34,089 bases of DNA. Origin: Minisyncoccota bacterium. GTDB taxonomy: Bacteria; Patescibacteriota; Minisyncoccia; Phycocordibacterales; CAIJYI01. The notes under the pieces were generated by a model. The model saw only the letters and a program-made list of their open reading frames with translations, made no database searches and was not told the origin of the DNA. The translations under genes were made by a program, and so were the position numbers. Where the stretch lies: contig JBAYGK010000001.1 of assembly GCA_041666665.1 (NCBI GenBank), forward strand, positions 1 to 34,089, in the 5' to 3' direction. Below, piece after piece: positions 17,279-26,253 of this stretch. How positions within the stretch are numbered: position 1 is the first letter of the stretch; each line of letters begins with the position of its first letter.

Positions 17279-17680
17279 TTACCGGCGGAAAATGATGTTT
17301 TTGTACAAAAAATATGTTTCCAGAGAGAGGAGAATTGACGCAAGAGCTTGAGCCGCCAAGTACCATACATGCATCATCTCCACAAAAACAAAGATCAAAA
17401 ACGTGTTCAAAAGGAGATTTATGGCGGCAACCGCAAAAGTCAGCGTCATCTGTTTTGCTATCTTTGATTTGTCTTTTTCCCGGAATGTCCAGAATTTCTG
17501 CAAAAAGAAGGTTACAAAAAATCCGATGGAAAAAGATACCATTGCGGAATAAAGATAATGCACGCGGAAACATTCGGTGAGAAGAAACAGGAACGACAAA
17601 TTGGCCAAAACCGCCAACCCGCCGGAAATAACAAAACGGAAAATCCGGTTTTTTTGAATAAAAAAGGTGATGCGTTGCAT
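17279..17680 (-). CDS. GtrA-family membrane protein (polyprenyl-phosphate-sugar translocation type)
   Basis: 133 aa with 4 TM helices. FVISGGLAVLANLSFLFLL...FFLQKFWTFR is the characteristic GtrA pattern. Confidence 0.8.
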   Translation of the reverse strand: MQRITFFIQKNRIFRFVISGGLAVLANLSFLFLLTECFRVHYLYSAMVSFSIGFFVTFFLQKFWTFREKDKSKIAKQMTLTFAVAAINLLLNTFLIFVFVEMMHVWYLAAQALASILLSLETYFLYKNIIFRR

Positions 17681-17706
17681 AAAAAATATTATTATTTATA
17701 TAATTT

Positions 17707-19437
17707 TTATCGTTTTTCTAAAATGATAATAAAAGAGTTTTTGGGATCATATTCGGGAATGTCTCTTGTACAGGAATCTATAAATTCCACCGAAACTTCC
17801 TTGTATTGCGCCAGCAAAAAACCATTCATTTTGTTCAAAAATTCCTGTGTTCCGGGAAAATTACCGAATGGCGGAGCGATTATGACAAATTCCGGCTTTT
17901 CTTTTTGTACGCTTTTCAGAAATTCGTCTTGAAGTTTTGGCCGCAATTTTGTCGGACGAAGAATTTCAATTATGTAAATGAATTTACTTGCATTTTTCGT
18001 TTTTGTGTAAAAATATATTTCCGGCTCGTTCCCAAAAACCAAAATGCGACTATTCTCTTTTGCGTGTTTTGCCACACATTGCGAAACAATGTGCGTTTGA
18101 TAAAAAGTGTTCGGTTCTGCCGGATAAATTATCGCTAATCGCTCTTGAAACGAATACTCAAAAATATAAAAATAAAGTCCTGAAAACAAACCCAATATCA
18201 ATAAAAAATAATAAACAATTTTGCTCATATGAATTTCGGACAAACCAAAAGAAGCGCCGTTAAGAAAACCTATACCGAGAGCGATGCAAGGTAAAAGAAA
18301 TATAAAATAATGCTCACGAAAATAATACCCCGGCACTATTGCCAAAAAAGAAAAAAACAGCATCCCCAAAAGCAGAAAACGCTCTTTCTTCAGATAAAAA
18401 ATGGCTCGCAAAAATCCAGAAATTCCCAGAACCCACAAAATTTCGGTACAGTAAACAATATCCGGTATTTTAATGAAAAAGAACGGGAAACCTTCTTTAA
18501 AAGGAACAAAAGAGGCATATTCCACAGAATAAGTAAAACACCAAAAAACAAACGAATTCCATGCTTCGGAATAAAAGAAATATGTCGCGACAATCAGCAG
18601 TGGTAAAAAAGAACCCAGAAGAAACACCGCGCTCCTCTTGAAAAACATTTTAGTGGAATAAAACAAAGAGTGTTTATAATGGATTGCAAGCAAGCCAATG
18701 GGAAAAAAGACCAAAGAATGTTGTTTAATGAGAACAGCAAGACCAAAACATATTCCGGCTGTCAAATATTGAAAAAAATATCGTCCAACAGAAAAAAACG
18801 GATCATTTGTTTCGTCTGTTTTTCTTACCAGCAAATACATACCGGACAAAAAGAAGAGAACAATTGCTTGTTCCGGGTAAAAAGCCGTCCCCATTACCCC
18901 GATAGACGCGCTAAGCACGCTATATGATAATGCTGATATGAAAGAAGATATATTGCTCATAAATCGCCGAGCAAAAGCAAAAACAAGAAGAGAAGAAAGA
19001 AAGCGGACAACAATGAGACCAAGATGTATTCCTGCGATTGATGCGCCAAACAAAAACATGATAAGAGAATACAAAAATGCAGATCCCGGAAGCTTCATGG
19101 TGTACGTTTCATTATAAGGAATTATTCCATTAAGGATTTCCTGCCCCATTAAAGCGAATTCTCCTTCATCTCGATCTAAAGGAAGATAAAGTGTTTTTGC
19201 CTGAAGCACTGCCAATACCGCCAAAACAATCATAATCAAACACCAAAAAAAAGCGTTTTGATTGCTTTTTACAAATCTCTCGATTCGGTTTGCAACGCTC
19301 TTTAAGAATATTGTCAATTTTTTCAAAAAAATAAAAAACATTGAATACATACTTTCCTTTACACGTGGTGATGGCACCCACGGATACCACAAAAAGTTAA
19401 TATTTTTATAAAAGGCACCCATTTTACTAAATGCCAT
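17707..19437 (-). CDS. GT-C fold membrane glycosyltransferase (ArnT/PMT-like)
   Basis: 576 aa with more than 10 TM helices. The first extracytoplasmic loop has an acidic motif (LPLDRDEGEF). A soluble C-terminal domain of ~130 aa follows. Confidence 0.75.
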   Translation of the reverse strand: MAFSKMGAFYKNINFLWYPWVPSPRVKESMYSMFFIFLKKLTIFLKSVANRIERFVKSNQNAFFWCLIMIVLAVLAVLQAKTLYLPLDRDEGEFALMGQEILNGIIPYNETYTMKLPGSAFLYSLIMFLFGASIAGIHLGLIVVRFLSSLLVFAFARRFMSNISSFISALSYSVLSASIGVMGTAFYPEQAIVLFFLSGMYLLVRKTDETNDPFFSVGRYFFQYLTAGICFGLAVLIKQHSLVFFPIGLLAIHYKHSLFYSTKMFFKRSAVFLLGSFLPLLIVATYFFYSEAWNSFVFWCFTYSVEYASFVPFKEGFPFFFIKIPDIVYCTEILWVLGISGFLRAIFYLKKERFLLLGMLFFSFLAIVPGYYFREHYFIFLLPCIALGIGFLNGASFGLSEIHMSKIVYYFLLILGLFSGLYFYIFEYSFQERLAIIYPAEPNTFYQTHIVSQCVAKHAKENSRILVFGNEPEIYFYTKTKNASKFIYIIEILRPTKLRPKLQDEFLKSVQKEKPEFVIIAPPFGNFPGTQEFLNKMNGFLLAQYKEVSVEFIDSCTRDIPEYDPKNSFIIILEKR

Positions 19438-19541
19438 TTGCGCATCTGAAGTATATCATTTTTTATGTTGTTCCGCATGGTACTATCGGACAAGACTAAA
19501 ACTCGCCAAAGGACTCCTTTTTGTTGTACAATGGAATGATT

Positions 19542-20291
19542 ATGATTGTCGGAAAAAAAATTGCCGCCGTTGTGCTTGCGTACAATGCGGAGAAAACACT
19601 TGAACTCACTATAAATGCCATTCCGCCGAATATTGTTGACTTTCTTGTTATTGTTGATGACTACAGCACCGATAACACGCCGGAAGTGGCAAAAAAATTC
19701 ACCGCTACCGTTTTAACGCATAAGAAAAACCGCGGATACGGTGCGGCGCAAAAAACGGGCTATCGCGAGGCACTCAACAGAGGTGCCGATGTTGTCGTCA
19801 TGCTTCACGGTGATTTTCAGTATGACCCGACGCGTCTTCCGTCACTCGCCCGACCTCTTGCGGAGGACAAAGCGGATGTTTGTTTCGGTTCACGAATGCA
19901 ATCAAAAAGAAAAGCGTGGAAAGACGGGATGCCGTGGTGGCGTTTTGTCGCAAATGTTTCACTTTCAACGATTGAAGAATCAATTTTTCGTCTCGGTTTA
20001 TCCGAGTATCACACGGGATATCGTGCGTACAACCGGCACTTTCTCTTACATGTTCCATTTGAAAAAAACTCCGACGATTTTGTATTTGATACGGAAATAT
20101 TCGCAGAAACAAGCATTGGGAATTTTCGTGCTACAGAAGTGCCGATACCAACGCGATATTTACCCGGCAATCAGTCAATAAATTTCAGACGAAGCGTGAA
20201 ATATGGGGTGGAAACTCTCGGCATACTCGGAAAATGTATTCTTCATAGATCCGGAATGAAAAAATATCCCCAATTTATAATAAAAAAATAA
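19542..20291 (+). CDS. GT2 glycosyltransferase, polyprenyl-phosphate sugar synthase-like
   Basis: AAVVLAYNAEKTL, VIVDDYSTDNT, NRGYGAAQKTGY and MLHGDFQYDP. The start is ambiguous (19521 TTG, 19536 ATG or 19542 ATG). A TACAAT box at 19527-19532 favours 19542. Confidence 0.85.
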   Translation: MIVGKKIAAVVLAYNAEKTLELTINAIPPNIVDFLVIVDDYSTDNTPEVAKKFTATVLTHKKNRGYGAAQKTGYREALNRGADVVVMLHGDFQYDPTRLPSLARPLAEDKADVCFGSRMQSKRKAWKDGMPWWRFVANVSLSTIEESIFRLGLSEYHTGYRAYNRHFLLHVPFEKNSDDFVFDTEIFAETSIGNFRATEVPIPTRYLPGNQSINFRRSVKYGVETLGILGKCILHRSGMKKYPQFIIKK

Positions 20292-20295
20292 AAAG

Positions 20296-21513
20296 ATGTT
20301 TTTATCTCTCAGATCATTTAAAAAATCATTTCTGTGCTTGCTGTTACTGTCTTTCATAACATTTATATTGAGCGGGATAGCATTATCGGACAAACAACTG
20401 GTTGGTTATGACGAAACATATTACGGCAAATACACAAAGACACTAAACGAACAGGGTATTTCAGGTATTCGCGAAATTATAAGCGCTTTTCCCGAAGAAA
20501 AAGCAGCGGAGGCTCCGCCGACACCGCTCCGGATATTATTTATTTCCGCCAGCGCCGGGACATGCCGTATTCTTTCCGTTTGCGGAGTAGAAAATGCGGC
20601 AATCATTTCCTTCCTTTCAGGAATCGCGCTTGTTCTGGTTTCCTTTTTGTTTTTCAGAAAATTATTTACCGAAGAAACGGCTTTTTTCTCCGCCTCTCTC
20701 ATCGCAATATCCCCCCTTGTTCTCGCCTTATCGGCAAGAGCTTTGCAGGACACATTTTTTACGCTCATCGTAATGGGGTGCGTTCTTTCCTATCATCTTT
20801 GTTGGACAAGAAAAAAGACCATTGATCCAATAATTTTCGGTTTGCTTCTTTTTGCCGGTTTCCTTACCAAAGAAACAATGGCGTTATTTTATCCGTGTTT
20901 TCTTGTATTGGGAATGTATTACCGAAAGCAAAAAAATTCTCACTCTCCGCTCTTAAACATCGGCTTATCTTTGTTCTTTGCTCCGATGGCGTATTTTATC
21001 GCGATAAGCTGGATTGCCGGCGGGGCGCGAGTGTTTTTGAATTATTATCTTCTTTGGTCAGAACGAGTGGTGAATGTTCCCTATGTCATAAAATTTCAAC
21101 AGGGCGCATGGTTCCGATATCTTGTTGATTTTATGCTGATTTCTCCATTAACCTTCTTCCTCGCCATTATGGGGATTACCGTTCCCACAAACGATAAAAA
21201 AAATGCGAACGGCAGAAACATTTCCGTTTTGTATTTTTTCAGCATCCTTGCCGTTTTTAGTTCATTTTCCGCCGTATACAATTTACGGATGGTTATTTTT
21301 TTGGATGTATTCATACGGGCGCTTGCCGTAATAGGAGTCATCGGAGTTGTTTCAAAAATACAAAATATCCGCTATCGGTATTTTGCCGCGACGTTATTGT
21401 TTGCGTTCATCATAATCGTTGAATTTTTCCAATTCTCTCAATTATTCGTCATCTCAAGCGTCTACGATCCCGTTACGAGCGCTCTTGTTCATGCAAACGG
21501 ATTTATAAAATAA
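20296..21513 (+). CDS. Polytopic membrane protein, GT-C/PMT_2-like glycosyltransferase
   Basis: 405 aa, multi-TM, with an early loop motif LVGYDETYYG. It starts 4 nt after the preceding GT2 stop. Confidence 0.7.
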   Translation: MFLSLRSFKKSFLCLLLLSFITFILSGIALSDKQLVGYDETYYGKYTKTLNEQGISGIREIISAFPEEKAAEAPPTPLRILFISASAGTCRILSVCGVENAAIISFLSGIALVLVSFLFFRKLFTEETAFFSASLIAISPLVLALSARALQDTFFTLIVMGCVLSYHLCWTRKKTIDPIIFGLLLFAGFLTKETMALFYPCFLVLGMYYRKQKNSHSPLLNIGLSLFFAPMAYFIAISWIAGGARVFLNYYLLWSERVVNVPYVIKFQQGAWFRYLVDFMLISPLTFFLAIMGITVPTNDKKNANGRNISVLYFFSILAVFSSFSAVYNLRMVIFLDVFIRALAVIGVIGVVSKIQNIRYRYFAATLLFAFIIIVEFFQFSQLFVISSVYDPVTSALVHANGFIK

Positions 21514-21600
21514 TTTTTCAAGGAAACGACTGTTTTAGGGCATTTGTCCGATTGAAATGTCGTTTCTTTTTTGCCTTAATTTTGCTATAATATTCCCAAC

Positions 21601-23364
21601 ATGAATAAAATAAAAAACTTTTTTCTTAAAAACGGCGTTCAAACGGCTGTTGCTTCTCTTGTTATATTTTTGGCGGTGTGGATAGTCTATGCAAACAGCA
21701 TCGGAAATGAATTTCTTTGGGATGATGATGCGGGGATTATCTTTAACAACTACATTCACGACTGGCAATATTTTCTTAACTTCTTTTCTCAAAGCATGTA
21801 CAACGGCGCGGGAATCATCTCCGGTTATTGGCGACCGGCGGTTCTTACCGTTTTCGCGGTGGAATGGCACACCTTTCTTGTGTGGCCGGGAGGATACCAT
21901 ATCGTCAATATATTGTTGCATGGGATAAACGCTTTGCTTGTTTTTTATCTTTTTCGCCTTCTCTTTGGTCGTTTTTTTATTGCATTTATGACGGCATTGG
22001 TTTTTGGCGTTCATCCTCTCAACACGGAAGCCGTTACGTATATTTCGGGGATTGCCGACTCGCTTTGCGCTCTGTTTGTTCTTTTGGGTGTTATTTTCTA
22101 TGTTAAAGCGGGAAACGAAACGGAACATCGCCGGAAACGACTGTTTTTTCTCGCTGTTTTTCTTTGTTTTATCCTCGCTCTCATGTCCAGAGAGTCCGCC
22201 ATCATGATGCCGGGTCTTCTTTTTCTTGCGGATATATTTAGAAAAAGAAATGAAGTAAAAAATTGGCGCAACCTAAAGAATCCCCTCAAAACAGTTTTGC
22301 CTTTTCTTTTGTTTGACGGATCGTATATCATCTCGCGCCTTACAATACTCAATTTTACAAAAGAGTTTACCAGTTTACTATCGTTTAATCTGCCGCTTCA
22401 TGAAAGAATTTTTACCTTTTTTCACGCCCTCTTGCTGTATCTGCAACTTATGTTCGCCCCTCTCCATCTTCACATGGAGCGATTTCTCGTTGCAGAAAAA
22501 ACACTGATGAGTCCCCCCGTCCTAGCGGGAGGTCTTGCTCTTGGGCTTATATTCTTTCTTATTTTTAAGACATTTAAGAAAATACCGGAAGTAAGCTTCG
22601 GCCTGTCATGGTTTTTGATAGCGCTTTCACCAAGCGCCAATATTTTCATGCCGTCGGCGACAGCCCTTGCCGAACACTGGCTGTATCTTTCACTCCCGGG
22701 ATTTTTCTTCGCTCTGTTTGTTCTTGTTGATAAAATATCCCGCTCGTGGAGATACCGATCTATCATTTTTGTTTTTCTGACCGTGTGGATACTCTGGATT
22801 GGCAACCTTACCATACTTCGCAACCGCGATTGGGCGAATCCGATAGTACTATTCACAAGCACACTGCAAGAATCTCCCGAAAGTTCTCGCGCCAACACGA
22901 ATCTCGGGCTTGCTTACGAAAAAAAGAAAGAATACGACAAGGCTCTTTTATATCTTACGCGAGCTACGGAAATTGAACCGAACAACCCTCTCCCGTTTTA
23001 TCTTCGCGCTTTGGTATACGCAAAAATGGGGAAAAATACGGAATCAATGCGCGACCACGAACATTCCGTTTCCATCAACGTCAATAATACGCACTCCACC
23101 GCCTTTCTTTTGAGCCATTATTCAATGAGAAACGATTTTACAAAGGTTCGCGAGATACTGGAACAAGTACTTGAAAAAACAACTTCACCGATGAAATCTC
23201 AAGACATACTTTTAAAAATCATTTCCGTCGCGAAGGCGGAAAAAAATGACGCGCTTGTGGACAAATACGAAAAAATGCTTGCGGAAACAAGGTTAAAAGT
23301 ACAAGACGACCCCATAGTCAAAATCGGGAATTTTCTGAATAAGTATTTGGGCGAGATAGAATAA
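21601..23364 (+). CDS. TMTC-like GT-C glycosyltransferase with C-terminal TPR domain
   Basis: The first loop reads NEFLWDDDAGII (acidic DD motif). About 11 TM helices are followed by TPRs (ANTNLGLAYEKKKEYDKALLYLTRATEIEPNNPLPFYLRALVYAKMG). TGCTATAAT lies 9 nt upstream of the ATG. Confidence 0.75.
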   Translation: MNKIKNFFLKNGVQTAVASLVIFLAVWIVYANSIGNEFLWDDDAGIIFNNYIHDWQYFLNFFSQSMYNGAGIISGYWRPAVLTVFAVEWHTFLVWPGGYHIVNILLHGINALLVFYLFRLLFGRFFIAFMTALVFGVHPLNTEAVTYISGIADSLCALFVLLGVIFYVKAGNETEHRRKRLFFLAVFLCFILALMSRESAIMMPGLLFLADIFRKRNEVKNWRNLKNPLKTVLPFLLFDGSYIISRLTILNFTKEFTSLLSFNLPLHERIFTFFHALLLYLQLMFAPLHLHMERFLVAEKTLMSPPVLAGGLALGLIFFLIFKTFKKIPEVSFGLSWFLIALSPSANIFMPSATALAEHWLYLSLPGFFFALFVLVDKISRSWRYRSIIFVFLTVWILWIGNLTILRNRDWANPIVLFTSTLQESPESSRANTNLGLAYEKKKEYDKALLYLTRATEIEPNNPLPFYLRALVYAKMGKNTESMRDHEHSVSINVNNTHSTAFLLSHYSMRNDFTKVREILEQVLEKTTSPMKSQDILLKIISVAKAEKNDALVDKYEKMLAETRLKVQDDPIVKIGNFLNKYLGEIE

Positions 23365-24062
23365 TGAAAAAATTAAGCATTCTCATCCCCGCTTATAACG
23401 AAGAAAAAACCGTTGCGGAAGTTATCCGGCGCGTTTTCGCGGCGGATACTTTGGATTTTGAAAAAGAGGTAATCGTGGTTGATGACGGTTCAACCGACAA
23501 TACGCTCTCCGCTCTCAAAGAAATCTCCTCTTTCCCTTTCATTCTCATCTCTCATCCCAAAAACCTTGGAAAAGGCGCGGCAATACGAACGGCTCTTGGG
23601 CGGGCTTCCGGAGATGCGATATTGATACAGGATGCCGACCTTGAACTTGATGCGGACGATTATCCCGTTCTCCTAAAAGAATTGAATGAAACGACCCGCG
23701 TGGTATACGGTTCCAGAAATCTTCTGCCCCGCATAGACGGCAAAAGATATCCTCTGTACTCGCTCGGAGGAAAAATGCTTACAGGATTTTTCAATTTTCT
23801 TTACGGAACGCATTTGACCGATATAAATACGGCGTATAAACTTTTCTCCAAAGAAACCATGCGGGCGGAAGAACTGAAAAGCGATGGTTTTGAATTTTGC
23901 GAAGAAATAACGGCAAAATTAACACGCAAAGGATATAAAATAAAAGAGGTGCCGATTCGCTATACGCCGAGAACTTTCGCTGGCGGAAAAAAATTGCGCG
24001 CAAAAGACGGATTGATCGGACTGTGGACGATAGTGAAATACAGATTTTTTTCTGATAAATGA
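23364..24062 (+). CDS. GT2 glycosyltransferase
   Basis: LSILIPAYNEEKTV, VIVVDDGSTDNT, LIQDADLE. The start overlaps the upstream stop (TAATG). It stops at TGA. Confidence 0.85.
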   Translation: MKKLSILIPAYNEEKTVAEVIRRVFAADTLDFEKEVIVVDDGSTDNTLSALKEISSFPFILISHPKNLGKGAAIRTALGRASGDAILIQDADLELDADDYPVLLKELNETTRVVYGSRNLLPRIDGKRYPLYSLGGKMLTGFFNFLYGTHLTDINTAYKLFSKETMRAEELKSDGFEFCEEITAKLTRKGYKIKEVPIRYTPRTFAGGKKLRAKDGLIGLWTIVKYRFFSDK

Positions 24063-24112
24063 CGAATTGGGGGGTGGATTCATTACTATATCTACAACAG
24101 TGGAAGCAAAAC

Positions 24113-24146
24113 AAAATCTCCCGATGCAAATCGGGAGATTTTTTGA
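24113..24146. terminator. Bidirectional terminator between convergent GT2 and pilin genes
   Basis: AAAATCTCCCGAT-GCAA-ATCGGGAGATTTT, with T-runs on both strands. Confidence 0.8.
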
Positions 24147-24164
24147 AAAATTTCTTTGTCTGCC

Positions 24165-24560
24165 TTAAATGATTCCGGAAGGCGTCGCCGTGTGCGCTCC
24201 CAGTGGCAAGCTTCCTGATGGACCTTCAAGAGTGAATCCGACAGTGTAAGCTGACTGTGTCCCAGTATACGTATAAGTTGCTCCCCCGGGTGACGGATTA
24301 GACGGCAATGGGTTCATATAAGCAGTGAACAAAGTTGTGCTCAAAGCGGCCGCCCATGTCGCGGCTGACGGGTATCCGCTATTGGAATCATAATAGAGTT
24401 CAAGCGCGGCTTGGACTTGTTTGATGTCGCTCAAACGCTTTGCATCGCGGCCTTTTAATCTGGCACTGTTTAATCCCGCCATAACGACGGTGGATAATAT
24501 CGCGATAATGGCGATAACGACGAGGAGCTCAATCAACGTAAAACCTTTTTGTTTTTTCAT
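24165..24560 (-). CDS. Type IV pilin
   Basis: MKKQKG|FTLIELLVVIAIIAILST..., then RDAKRLSDIKQVQAALELYY. The C-terminus is Ser/Thr-rich and ends ...ATPSGII. The track ORF extends to 24734, but that extension is a read-through of repeat family B. Confidence 0.9.
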   Translation of the reverse strand: MKKQKGFTLIELLVVIAIIAILSTVVMAGLNSARLKGRDAKRLSDIKQVQAALELYYDSNSGYPSAATWAAALSTTLFTAYMNPLPSNPSPGGATYTYTGTQSAYTVGFTLEGPSGSLPLGAHTATPSGII

Positions 24561-24691
24561 AAAAAACTTGTGAAAAGTTAATAATTTTTTAATAAGTCGT
24601 TTAATCTTTAAACGCGGGGAAACGGAGTTGCCCTTATATAAAGAATAGCATAATTCGCATTCATGTACAAAAGAACTGTGGATAAACGGCC

Positions 24692-24791
24692 GGACGAGGT
24701 ATATGTATGAAGTATGGGTATAAGTATACGACACCGAATAATGACAATCCCGTATACATATACATATACATATACGAAATACCTATACTCA
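24692..24791. repeat. GTATA-rich repeat family B, copy 2 (inverted relative to copy 1, single unit)
   Basis: The reverse complement reads GAGTATAGGTATTTCGTATATGTATATGTATATGTATACGG...CGTATACTTATACCCATACTTCATACATATACCTCGTCC, colinear with 8831-8971. It has 4 GTATAT/GTATAC hexamers where copy 1 has 3. It ends 5 nt from the pilC stop. Confidence 0.75.
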
Positions 24792-24795
24792 TCTA

Positions 24796-26001
24796 CTATG
24801 CTATATTTGCGGTGATGTTGTAAATCGGGATGAGGACGGAGGCCAAAAGGAACCCGACGGCAACGGCAAGGGAAACAATCATGATCGGCTCTATCAATCC
24901 CACCAAAGTATCCACCGCCTGCTCGGCTTCTCTCTTGTAGAAGGTCGCCAAAGTTTTGAGAATGGTGGATAATTCTCCCGTTTCTTCGCCCACTTTGATC
25001 ATTTGTACCATGATGCCGGGAACCTCTTCCCTGTTTGAAAGAGCGTCCGAAAGGGAGCTTCCCGATTTCACTTTTTCGCCGACATCAAACATGATGGCGG
25101 AATACGTAAGATCGCCCACGACTTTTCCGGTAATTTCTATTGAACGAAGCATCGGAACGCCACTCGCAAGCATGGTATCAAGATTGTCCGCAATGCGAGA
25201 AAGATATGTTTTTTTGAAAAGACGTCCGAAAAACGGTATGTTGAGTTTGACGGAAGACCATCCCTTGTCCCCTCCGGGAAGACCGAATTTCCAAAGAATG
25301 AATCCGGCGATGACTAGAAAAATCACAAAGAAAATTCCGTAATGAATGATGAAATCGGAAATTCCCATGACTATTCTGGTGTACAGCGGCACTGCTTGTC
25401 CCGATTCCTTCAGAACTTCGGCGAGTTTCGGTATGACAAGAACGAGCATGAGAGCCAATACGCCGAAAAAAGTGAGAACGACAAATGCCGGATATACCAA
25501 AGCGTTTTTTGTCTTTGTTACCAGCGCGTGCTCTCTTTCCATATACGCGGCGAGATAAGAAAAAGTTTCCGAAAGTTTCCCCGACTCTTCTCCCGCCTTG
25601 ATCATGTTGACATAAAACTCGGAAAATACGGTCGGATGTTTCCCCATCGCGGAAGAAAGCGATTCTCCGCCCTGAATATCGTCTGAAATTTCGCTCAGCT
25701 TTCTTTGAAGCACCGGGTTTTCGGCGCCTTCCGCAAGAAGACGAAAAATGCGCAGAACGGACACGTGGGAATTGAACAGAATGGAAACCTGATTGGAAAG
25801 CATCACGATCTCCTTCAAGGAAATCGTTTCAAACATCGCGGAGAGTCTCGCCATGATGGATCCGCCGCCTTCGGGGGTGATAGCTTCAATGATGAAGCCG
25901 CGCCGCTGGAGAGAGCTTATGGCGACGTCAACATTTATGGCGTCAATGGATCCGTTTTCTTCGGAACCGCTTTGACTGAGAACTTTGTAGTTGAATAACA
26001 T
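24796..26001 (-). CDS. pilC: Type IV pilus platform protein (GspF/PilC family)
   Basis: 401 aa with two GspF-type repeats and 3 TM segments. The sequence style is typical (...LSDALSNREEVPGIMVQMIKVGEETGEL). Confidence 0.9.
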   Translation of the reverse strand: MLFNYKVLSQSGSEENGSIDAINVDVAISSLQRRGFIIEAITPEGGGSIMARLSAMFETISLKEIVMLSNQVSILFNSHVSVLRIFRLLAEGAENPVLQRKLSEISDDIQGGESLSSAMGKHPTVFSEFYVNMIKAGEESGKLSETFSYLAAYMEREHALVTKTKNALVYPAFVVLTFFGVLALMLVLVIPKLAEVLKESGQAVPLYTRIVMGISDFIIHYGIFFVIFLVIAGFILWKFGLPGGDKGWSSVKLNIPFFGRLFKKTYLSRIADNLDTMLASGVPMLRSIEITGKVVGDLTYSAIMFDVGEKVKSGSSLSDALSNREEVPGIMVQMIKVGEETGELSTILKTLATFYKREAEQAVDTLVGLIEPIMIVSLAVAVGFLLASVLIPIYNITANIA

Positions 26002-26076
26002 ATAATACGAAGATGAAAAAATAAGATAATAGAAAAATTAACAACGACAAATTTTTCTATTTTTTTTAAAAGACAT

Positions 26077-26208
26077 CTTTCAAAAGTCATTCCATTCTCA
26101 CTTTTTGTCATGCCGTCCGCCAGCCGGCGGATTGATCCGGCATCCACGAATTAACGACAACGTGGATTCTGAATCAAGTTCAGAATGACGACAAACGACT
26201 TTTGAAAG
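26077..26208. repeat. Nested palindrome cluster (REP/BIME-like) in the pilT-pilC spacer
   Basis: The closing stem is CTTTCAAAAGTC (26077-26088) / GACTTTTGAAAG (26197-26208), with a second stem TTTGTC/GACAAA. Three internal hairpins follow: ATGCCG[TCCGCC-AGCC-GGCGGA]TTGATC-CGGCAT (26110-26143), CCACG-12nt-CGTGG (26144-26165) and ATTCTGAA-TCAAG-TTCAGAAT (26166-26186). Confidence 0.6.
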
Positions 26209-26253
26209 AGGCCTAATGATTATTTTATTTTTCTATTTTTTTATTTTTCTATT

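Noticed and set aside
24561-24734. The N-terminal extension of the pilin ORF (MSYTYTHTSYIYLVRPFIH...).
   Set aside because: The extension is a read-through of the GTATA-rich repeat and promoter DNA. The prepilin leader MKKQKG|FTLIELL begins at 24560, as expected for a class III signal peptide.
26077-26208. I considered whether the three-hairpin junction is a hammerhead, twister or other small self-cleaving ribozyme.
   Set aside because: I found no CUGAUGA...GAAA hammerhead core, nor any other conserved catalytic core I know, on either strand. All stems are perfect, so there is no strand information. I kept it only as a generic structured-repeat finding.
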